The position numbers and the translations under genes were made by a program. Positions 9,113 through 20,677 of a stretch of 64,000 bases of DNA are shown piece after piece. This stretch comes from Alphaproteobacteria bacterium. Lineage in GTDB: Bacteria > Pseudomonadota > Alphaproteobacteria > CALKHQ01. The stretch spans positions 288,001-352,000 of the forward strand of contig CBDDFZ010000002.1 in NCBI GenBank assembly GCA_965227515.1. The letters are read 5' to 3'. How positions within the stretch are numbered: the stretch's first letter is position 1; the number at the start of each line of letters is the position of its first letter. A model generated the notes under the pieces. It worked only from the letters and a program-made list of their open reading frames with translations. It was not told the origin of the DNA and did no database searches.

Positions 9113-10441
9113 ATGAAAGTGCGTGTGTCCAGATTGCTCGCCACCGCCACGGCGCTTGTGCTGCCGGCCGCGGTCTTGGCCCAGGACCTGGCGCCGGTTA
9201 CCGACGAGCCGGTCTATTTCCGTGGCTGGCAGTACCGTACCGACATCGTTCAGGACAACATCGACCGCTACAACAACGAGCTGGGCGGCCACATCGACTA
9301 TGCGACCGTCACCGGCGACTACCCGTCGCTGATGGAGCAGAACTTCATCGCCGGGCGCGAGCTCGACATCCTCTATGCGAACCCGTCGCAGGCGGTGCGC
9401 TACTACGAGGCGGGCTGGATTCTGCCGGCCGAGGAACTGCCCAACAGCGAAGAGATTCGGGCCGACATGTACCCGAACATCCTGGAAGCCTGGTCCCATG
9501 ACGGCCAGCTTCTGGGCTTGTCGTACTTCGTGTCGGTGCGCGGCATGGTGCACGTGAACCTGGAGGCCTATGAGGGCGCCGGCTACACCGCCGACGACTA
9601 TCCGGCGAACTGGGACGAGCTCTACGACATGGTGCTGGCGATGAACGAGGCCGGCATCGAAGCGCCGCTGCTGCCGCACTGGTTCAGCGAGTGGTACGGC
9701 ATTTCCTGGGCGTTCGCCTTCGAGGTGATGAACCGCGGCGGCCAGGTCGCCGACGCCGAGACCCACGCCCCGATGCTGACGGTCGACGGCCCCGGCGGCG
9801 ACACGCTGCGCGCCTGGAAGCGGCTGTGGAACGCCGGCGTGATCCCGGAGGAAGTGTTCACCTACAACGAGGCCGCTTACATCGAGGCCTATGGCTCCGG
9901 CCGCTACGTGTTCAGCCCGCAGCAGTCCTATGACCTGCGGTTCTTCAACGATCCGGCCAACTCGCAGATCGCCGGCCACGACAGCTTCCTGCCCTTCCAG
10001 GGCCAGAGCTGGGGGCTGATCGACAGCGCCATGTACCTGATGAGCACGCGCGAGCGCAGTGACGAGCACACCCAGGACGTGATGTCGGCGGCGAGCTGGT
10101 ACGGCTTCAAGGACCAGAACGGCGACATCTTCGTCGGCAATCGCTGGATGCAGGAATCGATGCTGTTCTCCGGCTACCGCTCGGTGATGGAGGGTCCGCT
10201 GGCCGAGGAGACCATGCTGGCCTCGCTGGTGAAGCCGGAAGACCGCGATGCGCTGCTGGAAGTCTATGCGGCCGCGCCCTATCCGAAGGGCATCTGGAAC
10301 GTGGTCTGGTCGGAGGAGTTCAATTCCTGGCTGAAGGACGAGCTGCCCGAGTTCCTGTTCGATGACGGCGATGTCGAAGAGATGATCGCCGACATCAACG
10401 AGAAGATCGAGGAACTGAACGAAGAATACGGCATCGAGTAG
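9113..10441 (+). CDS. ABC transporter (CUT1) substrate-binding protein
   Basis: Signal peptide ending AVLA; very acidic; directly upstream of two permeases and a MalK-like ATPase. Confidence 0.85.
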   Translation: MKVRVSRLLATATALVLPAAVLAQDLAPVTDEPVYFRGWQYRTDIVQDNIDRYNNELGGHIDYATVTGDYPSLMEQNFIAGRELDILYANPSQAVRYYEAGWILPAEELPNSEEIRADMYPNILEAWSHDGQLLGLSYFVSVRGMVHVNLEAYEGAGYTADDYPANWDELYDMVLAMNEAGIEAPLLPHWFSEWYGISWAFAFEVMNRGGQVADAETHAPMLTVDGPGGDTLRAWKRLWNAGVIPEEVFTYNEAAYIEAYGSGRYVFSPQQSYDLRFFNDPANSQIAGHDSFLPFQGQSWGLIDSAMYLMSTRERSDEHTQDVMSAASWYGFKDQNGDIFVGNRWMQESMLFSGYRSVMEGPLAEETMLASLVKPEDRDALLEVYAAAPYPKGIWNVVWSEEFNSWLKDELPEFLFDDGDVEEMIADINEKIEELNEEYGIE

Positions 10442-10454
10442 CCGTCGCGTGGAG

Positions 10455-10496
10455 CGTGCCGGACACCGCGAACTTCGGCTCGCGGTGCCTGGCACG
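10455..10496 (+). other. Intercistronic stem-loop after the substrate-binding protein gene
   Basis: CGTGCC..CACCGCGA-loop-TCGCGGTG..GGCACG; typical position for an mRNA-stabilising hairpin. Confidence 0.55.
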
Positions 10497-10519
10497 GCAC
10501 CTGCACGTGACGACACACC

Positions 10520-11458
10520 ATGACGGCAGCCTCACCGAGCGATAATCCGTCGCCCGCACGCGGCGTGCGGGCGCGCACCGGCGAGTTGAGCGACCTCAGG
10601 TTCGCCCTCTTGCTGTCGCTGCCCGTGCTGTTGTTCCTGGTCATCATCGTCGCCTATCCGCTGGTTTACGCGGTGTGGCTGTCGCTGAACGAGATCAAGT
10701 TCTTCGGCGGCTACCGGGCCAACTTCGTCTGGTTCGACAATTATGCCGAGGTCTTCGGCGACGAGGATTTCTGGTGGTCGACCTGGGTATCGATCCGCTT
10801 CACGCTGGAATCGGTGGTCCTGACCATGTTCATCGCGTTGGGGCTGGCGCTGATCATGCGCAACAACCGGCGCTGGCGCGGGCTGATCCGCACCCTGATC
10901 ATCATGCCCTGGTCGGTGTCGCTGTACGGCACCGGCATCATGTTCTTCTACCTGGTGCGCGGACAGACCGGCGTCGGTACCACCATCGCCTATGCATTCG
11001 GCGCCGACGACCCGGTCAACTTCCTGAACCGCACCTGGGTGATCGAGGTGCTGGCCGTCGGCAACGCCTGGAACATGGCGCCGCTGGTGGCCTTCTTCCT
11101 GGTCGCCAACATGTCGACCATTCCGGAGCGGCTGTACCATCTGGCCGCCATCGACCGGATGAGCCGGCTGGAGACGTTCTGGAATGTCACCCTGCCGCCG
11201 ATCCGCTTCACCCTGTTCGTCTTCACCTGCATCACCACCGTGCTGTCGCTGAAGCTGTTCGACTACATCTTCGTCATGACCGGCGGCGGTCCGGGCACCT
11301 CGTCGGCGACGCTGACCTACCAGCTCTACAAGTTCAGCTTCCAGGACCTGAAGCTCGGCTACGGGGCGGCGATGTCGTTCCTGCTCTTGTTCATGATCGT
11401 GGGCTCGACGCTGCTGCTCTATTTCGTCTGGGGCCGGCGCGAGGCGAACCGGCCATGA
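10520..11458 (+). CDS. Carbohydrate ABC transporter permease
   Basis: Multiple TM segments; degenerate EAA loop LYHLAAIDR; MTGGGP; YGAAMS. Confidence 0.9.
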   Translation: MTAASPSDNPSPARGVRARTGELSDLRFALLLSLPVLLFLVIIVAYPLVYAVWLSLNEIKFFGGYRANFVWFDNYAEVFGDEDFWWSTWVSIRFTLESVVLTMFIALGLALIMRNNRRWRGLIRTLIIMPWSVSLYGTGIMFFYLVRGQTGVGTTIAYAFGADDPVNFLNRTWVIEVLAVGNAWNMAPLVAFFLVANMSTIPERLYHLAAIDRMSRLETFWNVTLPPIRFTLFVFTCITTVLSLKLFDYIFVMTGGGPGTSSATLTYQLYKFSFQDLKLGYGAAMSFLLLFMIVGSTLLLYFVWGRREANRP

Positions 11459-11468
11459 GGGTGCCGTC

Positions 11469-12332
11469 ATGAGACGCGGCAACCCGATCTGGCGCTGGCT
11501 TGCGCTCGGCGTCGCGGTGATCTGGTCGATCCTGCCGATCTACTGGTTCGTCAAGATGTCGTTCCAGACCACGGCGGAGTTCTCGCTGTTTCCGCCGCCG
11601 CTGTTCCCGCCGGCGCCGCAGCCCGGCGCGTTCTTCAACGTGTTCGGCTACGACTACGTCACGGCGTCCGGTATCGAGCTGACGGCCTCCGGCCAGTCCG
11701 GCCAGATCATCGACGGTCTGATCAACAGCATCATCGTCTCGGTCATCGTGACGCTGGTGACCATGGTGGTGGTGATCCCGCTCGCCTATGTGTTCGCGCG
11801 CCTGCAGTTCCGCCACAAGAACAAGCTCCTGTTCGCGATCCTGCTGTCGGTGGCGCTGCCGCCGGTTTCGACCCTGATCCCGTTCTACGCGCTCTATGTG
11901 CAGCTCGATCTGGCCGGCACCCGGCTCGGCCTGATCATCGTCACGCTCACCATCACCATCCCGTTCGTCACCTGGATGATGATCGGCTATTTCCGCAACA
12001 TCCCGCCGGTCGAATGGCTGGCGCGGATCGACGGCTTCTCGCGCTTCTACACCCTGTTGCGCATCGTGGTGCCGATGTGCCGCAGCGGCATCGCGGTCGG
12101 TGCCGTCATCGCGTTCCTGTTCTCGTGGAACGAGTACGTCTACGCGCAGGTGCTGGTGACTGGGTCGAGCGCGGTGACGCTGCCGGCCGCCATGTCCGGG
12201 TTCCTGAACCAGTTCCCGCACCCCGCGCACCTGGCCGCCTGCCTCGCCATCTCGTTGGTGCCGCCGGCCCTGGTGGTCTACTTCCTGCAACGCCACATCG
12301 CCGACATGAACATCGTCGATCCGGTACGATGA
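11469..12332 (+). CDS. Carbohydrate ABC transporter permease
   Basis: TM segments; ARIDG loop; FSWNEY. Confidence 0.9.
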   Translation: MRRGNPIWRWLALGVAVIWSILPIYWFVKMSFQTTAEFSLFPPPLFPPAPQPGAFFNVFGYDYVTASGIELTASGQSGQIIDGLINSIIVSVIVTLVTMVVVIPLAYVFARLQFRHKNKLLFAILLSVALPPVSTLIPFYALYVQLDLAGTRLGLIIVTLTITIPFVTWMMIGYFRNIPPVEWLARIDGFSRFYTLLRIVVPMCRSGIAVGAVIAFLFSWNEYVYAQVLVTGSSAVTLPAAMSGFLNQFPHPAHLAACLAISLVPPALVVYFLQRHIADMNIVDPVR

Positions 12333-12341
12333 GAACGCTCC

Positions 12342-13451
12342 ATGGCCGAAATCTCCCTTGAAGCGCTGACCAAGACCTTCGGCAGCCAGACCGCGGTCGA
12401 CAGCCTGGATATGTCGATCGCCGACGGTGAGCTGTTGGTGCTGCTGGGGCCGTCCGGCTGCGGCAAGACCACGACGATGAACTGCATCGCCGGTCTTGAG
12501 ACGCCGACGTCGGGCACCATCCGCTTCGCCGGCGAGGACGTGACGGTGCTGCCGCCGCACCAGCGCAACGTGGCGATGGTGTTCCAGTCGTCGATGCTCT
12601 ACCCGCACCTGACCGCGCGCGCCAACGTCGCCATGAGCCTGAAGCGCAGCGGACTTAGCCCGTCGGAGATCGAGACACGCATCGACAACGCGGTGCAGAT
12701 CGTCCACGTGGCGCACCTGATGGACAAGCTGCCGAGCCAGCTTTCCGGCGGCGAGCGCCAGCGGGTGGCAACTGCCAAGGCGATCGTGCGCAACCCGGAC
12801 GTCTTCCTGCTCGACGAACCGCTGGCGGCCCTGGATGCGGCGCTGCGGCTGGAACTGCGGGCCGAGCTGGTCAACCTGCAGAAGCGGCTGTCGACCACCA
12901 TGGTGTTCGTGACCCACGACCAGACCGAGGCGATGACCATGGGAGACCGCATCGCCGTGATGCGGTCGGGGCGGCTGCAGCAGATCGCCACCCCGGACGA
13001 GATTTACAACGCGCCCGCCAATATGTTCGTGGCCGGCTTCATCGGGTCGCCGCCGATGAATTTCATCGAGGGCACGGTCGAGACCCGCGACGGCGCGGCG
13101 TCGTTCGTCCGCGACGGGTTCGCGGTCGCGCTGCCGGACCGGCTGGCCGGAGCATCGTCGCTGCGCACCGGCGGGCGCTATGCGCTCGGCGTGCGGCCGC
13201 AGCACATGTCGGTCAACCCGGCCGGCGGTGCGGCCGATGGCGCGGGCGGGCTGTCGGGGACCGTGTTCGCGCTGGAGCACCTGGGCAAGGAGTCGATCCT
13301 GATCGTCGAATGGTCGGCGGAGGAGAAGCTGCGCGCCATCGTCGAGCCAGAGTTCCAGGCCCGGATCGGCGAGAACGTGGTGCTGGTGCCGGACCTGGGG
13401 CGTGGCTATCTGTTCGATCTCGACGTCGAGGGCACGCCGCGCGTGGTTTAG
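12342..13451 (+). CDS. ABC transporter ATP-binding protein (MalK/UgpC-like)
   Basis: GPSGCGKT, LSGGERQR, LLDEP, FIGSPPMN. Confidence 0.95.
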   Translation: MAEISLEALTKTFGSQTAVDSLDMSIADGELLVLLGPSGCGKTTTMNCIAGLETPTSGTIRFAGEDVTVLPPHQRNVAMVFQSSMLYPHLTARANVAMSLKRSGLSPSEIETRIDNAVQIVHVAHLMDKLPSQLSGGERQRVATAKAIVRNPDVFLLDEPLAALDAALRLELRAELVNLQKRLSTTMVFVTHDQTEAMTMGDRIAVMRSGRLQQIATPDEIYNAPANMFVAGFIGSPPMNFIEGTVETRDGAASFVRDGFAVALPDRLAGASSLRTGGRYALGVRPQHMSVNPAGGAADGAGGLSGTVFALEHLGKESILIVEWSAEEKLRAIVEPEFQARIGENVVLVPDLGRGYLFDLDVEGTPRVV

Positions 13452-13456
13452 GTGGG

Positions 13457-14962
13457 CTATTGCCGCCCGCCCATCCACAGCACCGCGCTGCCGACATTCT
13501 GGCCGCTTTCCATCTGTTCGTGAATGCGGGCGGCGTCGGCCAATGGCGCGCGCTCTGAAATCTCCACATTGATGGCACCGCGGCGCAGCATGTCGAAATA
13601 GGCATCGGCGAGCGCCCGGCGGCTTTCCGCGCTGTCGGCGTAGTCGGCGAAGTTGGGGCGCGAGACCGTGAGCGAGCGGCGGCCCAGCGCCTCCAGGTCT
13701 TGCGCGCCGACCGGCCCGGACACCCGCCCGTAGAGCACCAGATGCCCCCGGCTGCCGAGCGATGCCACGGAGGCGGCGAAGGTGTCCCGGCCGATGCCGT
13801 CGAAAGCGGCGGCGACCCCGCGTCCCCCGGTCAGCGCCTTCACCTCGGCGGCGACATCTGCGTCGGCGCGGACCAGCACGTGGTCGGCCAGTCCTGCGAC
13901 GGCGGCGCGTTTCTCCGCCGTCGACACGGTGCCGATGACCCGGGCCCCCAGCGCGCGCGCCCACTGGCACAGGATCTGGCCCAGCCCGCCGGAGGCCGCC
14001 TGTACCAGCACCCAGTCGCCATCGGCCGGGCGCACGATCCGGGTCAGGACCGCCGCCGCCGTCATGCCGCGCAGCAGGCTCGCCGCCGCCACCGCCTCGT
14101 CGATGTCGTCGGGCAGCGGCACCGCCACCTCGGCCGGCAGCAGCCGGTGGCTGGCGTAGGCCCCGGGTGGGCCGCCGGCATAGGCGATGCGGTCGCCTGG
14201 CGCGAACCCGCGCACGCCCTCGCCCACGTCCAGCACGCGCCCGGCGCCCTCCATGCCCGGGATCGCCGGCAGCGTGGCTAGCGTGGCGGAACTGCCGGCG
14301 CGGCCGTGCACGTCGATGAAGTTGACGCCTGCGGCGACCTGGGCGATGCGGAGTTCACCCGGGCCGGGCGGTGGCACGGCCACGTCCTCCAGCGACAGCA
14401 CCTCGGGGCCGCCGTGACGCCGCACCACGATGGCCCGCCCGGCAATCGCCTCGCCGACCGGCTGGCGCGTCGAGGGTGTCGGCGCGGCAGGCGCCAAGGG
14501 CGCAGGCGCTGCAGTGCGTTGCGCCGGCTGGGCGACGAGGGCGCGGATGGCCTCGAACCCCGCCCGATAGATATCGTCGCCAACCAGGCGGACCAGCCGT
14601 GCGGCGTCCTCCGGCGGCGGGTTGAACCGCGACTGCCAGCGCCAGTAGGTGGCGTTGCCCATGGTCACCGGCTTGAGGCTCACCGTCGCCACATAGTCGA
14701 TCAGCGGAATCGGCGCCTCCAGCAGGCAATAGGTGAAGCTGTGGACGCGGTCGTTCAGCGCCAGCAACTGCTCGCGCAGCACAGCACCATCGGCGAGCCG
14801 GAAGTGGCGCACCGCGCCCACCATGTCGGCGGGCTCGCCATTCTCGATCTCGCTTTCGGCGACCGCCGGGTGCCAGCGGTCATGACCGTTGAAGTCGCGC
14901 AGCACCGCCCATACCGCCTCGATGGGCGCGTCGATCACGGTGCTGCGGACGACGGTGGCCAC
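13457..14962 (-). CDS. SRPBCC (polyketide cyclase-like) domain fused to NADPH:quinone oxidoreductase (zeta-crystallin MDR)
   Basis: GTG start at 14962 (VATVVRSTVIDAP); N-terminal part resembles the upstream SRPBCC protein; Ala/Pro linker; GGPEVL, AGVNFID, GMEGAG, AASGGLG. Confidence 0.8.
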   Translation of the reverse strand: MATVVRSTVIDAPIEAVWAVLRDFNGHDRWHPAVAESEIENGEPADMVGAVRHFRLADGAVLREQLLALNDRVHSFTYCLLEAPIPLIDYVATVSLKPVTMGNATYWRWQSRFNPPPEDAARLVRLVGDDIYRAGFEAIRALVAQPAQRTAAPAPLAPAAPTPSTRQPVGEAIAGRAIVVRRHGGPEVLSLEDVAVPPPGPGELRIAQVAAGVNFIDVHGRAGSSATLATLPAIPGMEGAGRVLDVGEGVRGFAPGDRIAYAGGPPGAYASHRLLPAEVAVPLPDDIDEAVAAASLLRGMTAAAVLTRIVRPADGDWVLVQAASGGLGQILCQWARALGARVIGTVSTAEKRAAVAGLADHVLVRADADVAAEVKALTGGRGVAAAFDGIGRDTFAASVASLGSRGHLVLYGRVSGPVGAQDLEALGRRSLTVSRPNFADYADSAESRRALADAYFDMLRRGAINVEISERAPLADAARIHEQMESGQNVGSAVLWMGGRQ

Positions 14963-14976
14963 CGGACAGGTTGTTG

Positions 14977-15414
14977 CTAGCCGGCGAAGCGCCGTTGCAG
15001 CGCGGTCAGCCCTGCGGCGAACACGCCCTGGCCGATGCGGTCGACCAGCGCACGCTCGTCGGCGGGCGCGCAGTCGAAATTGGCCGACCACTCCGCGAAC
15101 GTCTGGTCGCGGTCGGTCACCGGGGACAGCCGCAGCGTCGCGACGTACCCTGTCACCGGCATCGGGCTTTCCAGGATGGCATACATGCAGGTGAAGTCGT
15201 AGTCCGACAGCGCCAGCAACTGCTCGCGGATGCGCGCACCGTCGGTGAGGGTGAAGTTGCGGATGCAGCCGACCTGGTCGGCGGCGCGGCGCTGCTCGAT
15301 GCGGCTGTCGCGGATCAGCGGGTGCCAGCGCGGCAGGCCGTCGAAGTCGCGCACCGCCGCCCAGACGTTGCCGACCGGCGCCTCGATCACCGCTGAGACA
15401 TAGACATGGGCCAT
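14977..15414 (-). CDS. SRPBCC family protein
   Basis: 145 aa; VIEAPVGNVWAAVRDFDGLPRWHP and REQLLALSD patterns. Confidence 0.85.
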   Translation of the reverse strand: MAHVYVSAVIEAPVGNVWAAVRDFDGLPRWHPLIRDSRIEQRRAADQVGCIRNFTLTDGARIREQLLALSDYDFTCMYAILESPMPVTGYVATLRLSPVTDRDQTFAEWSANFDCAPADERALVDRIGQGVFAAGLTALQRRFAG

Positions 15415-15418
15415 GGGG

Positions 15419-15763
15419 TTAGGGTGTTTCGTCGAGGGTGAGGGATTTGAGCTGCACCATCAGTTTCGGCAAATCCCGACTGACCGTCGCCCACAGGATC
15501 TCGTGATCTATGTCGAAGTAGGCATGAACCAGCCGATTGCGCATGCCCACAATCGCTGGCCAATCAATGTCCGGGATATCGGATTTCGTCTCGTCGCTCA
15601 GCCGTGCGGCAGCTTCGCCAATGATTTCCACGGCTCGAACCAACGCAAACAGCAGCATTTCATCGTTGTCGAGGTCGGAAATCTTGCGGCCTTCCACAAA
15701 CCGCTGTGCCGCTTCGGCTGCATCGATCATGTGTCGCAGCCGGATAGCGTCAGCCGGCGACAT
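15419..15763 (-). CDS. HepT-like (DUF86) HEPN ribonuclease toxin
   Basis: EIIGEAA and RNRLVHAY (RX4HXY) motifs; overlaps the upstream MNT gene. Confidence 0.9.
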   Translation of the reverse strand: MSPADAIRLRHMIDAAEAAQRFVEGRKISDLDNDEMLLFALVRAVEIIGEAAARLSDETKSDIPDIDWPAIVGMRNRLVHAYFDIDHEILWATVSRDLPKLMVQLKSLTLDETP

Positions 15764-16061
15764 ATTGTGGTTCCGCCGAGCGCACGACCTCATCGCGGAA
15801 GTAGCGGCTCAAGTCCTGTGCCGTCCGAAGGTCCACCTTGCGCCCACCCAGTAGCGCGGACAGTTCCAATTCCATTCTCGCCAGATCGAAAAGGGAAGGT
15901 TTGGCATCTGGTTGGAAGTCAACGAGCAGGTCGACATCGCTGTCGGACCTCGCCATGCCTTTTAGGTGCGACCCGAACAACGACAGACGGCGAATGCCAT
16001 GCTGGCGACAAAACCGTGCAAGCGCGTCCTGGTCGGGAAACAATCGTTGATCAATCTGCAC
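15750..16061 (-). CDS. MntA-like minimal nucleotidyltransferase antitoxin
   Basis: GTG start with GAGGT upstream; FGS-X10-DVD motif; GRKVDL. Confidence 0.9.
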   Translation of the reverse strand: MQIDQRLFPDQDALARFCRQHGIRRLSLFGSHLKGMARSDSDVDLLVDFQPDAKPSLFDLARMELELSALLGGRKVDLRTAQDLSRYFRDEVVRSAEPQYVAG

Positions 16062-16108
16062 TTGTACCTCTGTCGGGCCTGGTGGCCGCATAGGTTTGGC
16101 TCACGGTT

Positions 16109-16137
16109 TTCGTACGCTGTCTCGGGCCAAGTGGCAA
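16109..16137 (-). promoter_or_regulatory. Possible sigma70-type promoter for the TA pair
   Basis: Minus strand TTGCCA-N17-TACGAA upstream of the MNT start. Confidence 0.3.
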
Positions 16138-16155
16138 CTTCGCGCCTGCCTCGAC

Positions 16156-18366
16156 TCACTCGTCCGATCCGCTGCGCCGATCGTCCCGATCCCGGTCCGT
16201 ATCCTCGCGTTCGCGGTCCTTGGACTCGCCGCGGGTCAGCGAGGCGAGGTCGCGGGCGTCGCGCACCACGTCGGTCAGCCGGCCGACCGAACCGCCCTCG
16301 ATGCCGACCTCCTTCATCAGATTGTCGATCATCGGCGCCTGCACTCGGTAGCGTAAGGCGCTGTCGATCACCTCGTCGGTGACGTTCTTGGACCCGCCGG
16401 CCCCGCCACCGCCGGCCAAGCCGTCGACGTGCAGGATCTTGATGCCCTCGATCTTCTCCATAGGGCGCACGCTCTCGCGGACGATGCCTTCCAGCTTGTC
16501 CAGGAGCTTGTCGCGGAGGCGCCCGGCGCGCGCGGCCTCGCTGAGCAGGTTCTCCGCTTCGTTCAGCGCCTTGGCGCCGGCCGCATCCACCGTGAACTGG
16601 TGCTTGGCGGCATCGGCGCGGATCTTCTGGGCGTCGGCGTCGCCGGCGGCAACGATGCGCTCCGCCTCGGCCCGGTCGGCGGCGGCCACCTGCTCGGCCT
16701 CGGCCCGCGCGGTCAGCCGCAGGCGCTCGATCTCGGCCTCACGGGCGGCGGCGATCAGGTCGATGGCCTTGCGCCGCTCGGCGATCTCGCGCTCGCGGGC
16801 GGTGAACGCCTGCTCCTCGGCAGCGATGGCTTCGGCCCGTGCCTTCTCGGCATCGACCAGGGCGGCCGAGCGCGCCTTCGATTTCTCGGCCAGTGCGATG
16901 GCGCGTTCCACCTCGGCCAGCTCGTTGGCCTGCTGGCGCTCGATCTCCAAGGTGCGCAGGTCGCGGTCGAGCAGGATGCGGGCCTCGCGCAGGCTGCGCT
17001 CGCTGGCCAGCCGGGCGCGCTCCACGTCCTCCTCTGCACCGATCTCGGCCTCCTGGAACGCCTGGCGCTTGGAGACCTCCATCGCCTCCAGCGTCTTCTC
17101 GCGCTCCACCCTGGCGCGGTCCAGCGCCTGGTCGCGGCGCACGCCGGCAAGGTCCAAGTCCATGCGCGACGCCACCTCGGCCTCGCGCTTCTTGGTGTCG
17201 GCGGCGATCACCTCCACCGAATTGGCGGCCAGCGCCTTTTCGCGCTCCTGCTCGGCGATCTCGACCGAGCGGCGACGGGTGATCTCCAGCTCCTCCTGGG
17301 CCTGGGCGCGCGCGATACGCTCGCGCTCCAGCGCCAGCTCGGCGGCGATGCGCTCCTGCTCGGTCTGCTGCTCGGCTTGGATTTCGGCCGCCTCGACCGC
17401 GCGCCGGCGGGCGATTTCCTGGCGCTGGGTTTCTTCCTCATTGACGATGCGGGTGTCGGCAAGCGTCCGCTCGTGGGCGATGCGGGTCTTCTCGACCAGC
17501 TCGCGGGCGGCGATCTGGGCCTGCTCGCCCTCCTGCTCGCGCTGGGCGCGTTCGCGGATCAGCTCGGCCCGCTGCACCGCGCGGCGGACCTCGACCTCGC
17601 GCTCCTGTTCCAGGCGGGCGTATTCGCTCTCCCGGTCGATCTCCAGCACACTGCGGTCGGTCTCCAGATTGCGCGCCCGGATTTGCAGCATGGTGCCCTG
17701 CTCGATGTCGTTCCGCAGCTTACGGCGGCTCTCGATGCGCTCGGTCAGCGCGGTCAGGCCCTCGGCATCGAAGGCGTTGGACGGGTCGAAGAACTCCAGG
17801 CTGGTCTGGTCGACGTCGACCATGGCGACCGATTCCAGCTCCAGGCCGTTATGCGCCAGCATCGGCTCCACCGCCTGTTTGACCTGGTCGGCAAACGCGG
17901 TGCGCTGTTCGTGCAGGTCCTCCAGCGTCATCGAAGCGGCCACCCCGCGCAGCCCGCCGATGAACTTGCCTTCCAACAGGCCGCGCATCTCGTCGACGTC
18001 CGTGGTGCGCGCGCCCAGGGTCTGGGCGGCGGCGGCCACCGCATCGCGGCGGGGTGCCACCCGGACATAGAACTCGGCGCTGACGTCGACGCGCATGCGG
18101 TCCTTGGTGATCAGCGCCTGGCCGTCGCCGCGCCGCACCTCGATCCGCAGCACGCCCATGTGCACCGGTGTCACGTCGTGGATGACGGGGATGACCAGCG
18201 CGCCGCCGTTGATCACCACCTTCTCGCCCAGGAAGCCTGTCCGCACGAACGAGGTTTCCTTGGTCGAGCGGCGATAGAGCCAGCGCAGCGCGTAGATGAC
18301 GATGACCGCCGCGACGATGACGACGATCAGCCACAGGATCACAGTGCCCAGGACGCCCGATTCCAT
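16156..18366 (-). CDS. Flotillin-like SPFH/Band 7 protein with long coiled coil
   Basis: N-terminal TM helix; FVRTG, LITKDRMRVDV, FDAEGL; long E/R/A-rich coil; C-terminal PMEKIEGIKI flotillin motif. Confidence 0.9.
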   Translation of the reverse strand: MESGVLGTVILWLIVVIVAAVIVIYALRWLYRRSTKETSFVRTGFLGEKVVINGGALVIPVIHDVTPVHMGVLRIEVRRGDGQALITKDRMRVDVSAEFYVRVAPRRDAVAAAAQTLGARTTDVDEMRGLLEGKFIGGLRGVAASMTLEDLHEQRTAFADQVKQAVEPMLAHNGLELESVAMVDVDQTSLEFFDPSNAFDAEGLTALTERIESRRKLRNDIEQGTMLQIRARNLETDRSVLEIDRESEYARLEQEREVEVRRAVQRAELIRERAQREQEGEQAQIAARELVEKTRIAHERTLADTRIVNEEETQRQEIARRRAVEAAEIQAEQQTEQERIAAELALERERIARAQAQEELEITRRRSVEIAEQEREKALAANSVEVIAADTKKREAEVASRMDLDLAGVRRDQALDRARVEREKTLEAMEVSKRQAFQEAEIGAEEDVERARLASERSLREARILLDRDLRTLEIERQQANELAEVERAIALAEKSKARSAALVDAEKARAEAIAAEEQAFTAREREIAERRKAIDLIAAAREAEIERLRLTARAEAEQVAAADRAEAERIVAAGDADAQKIRADAAKHQFTVDAAGAKALNEAENLLSEAARAGRLRDKLLDKLEGIVRESVRPMEKIEGIKILHVDGLAGGGGAGGSKNVTDEVIDSALRYRVQAPMIDNLMKEVGIEGGSVGRLTDVVRDARDLASLTRGESKDREREDTDRDRDDRRSGSDE

Positions 18367-18388
18367 CGCTGTATTCCCTCCTAAACCC

Positions 18389-20669
<2,281 letters not shown>

Positions 20670-20677
<8 letters not shown>

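Noticed and set aside
10490-10505. Sigma54-like TGGCACGGCACCTGCA
   Set aside because: Overlaps the 3' arm of the intercistronic hairpin, and the implied TSS would fall about 4 nt before the ATG in mid-operon; probably coincidental
11391-13970. 859-aa minus-strand ORF and similar long Arg/Gly/His-rich ORFs (e.g. 18296-20644, 24799-27084, 44529-47090, 61259-63691)
   Set aside because: They overlap well-supported genes on the opposite strand or in another frame; typical GC-rich shadow ORFs
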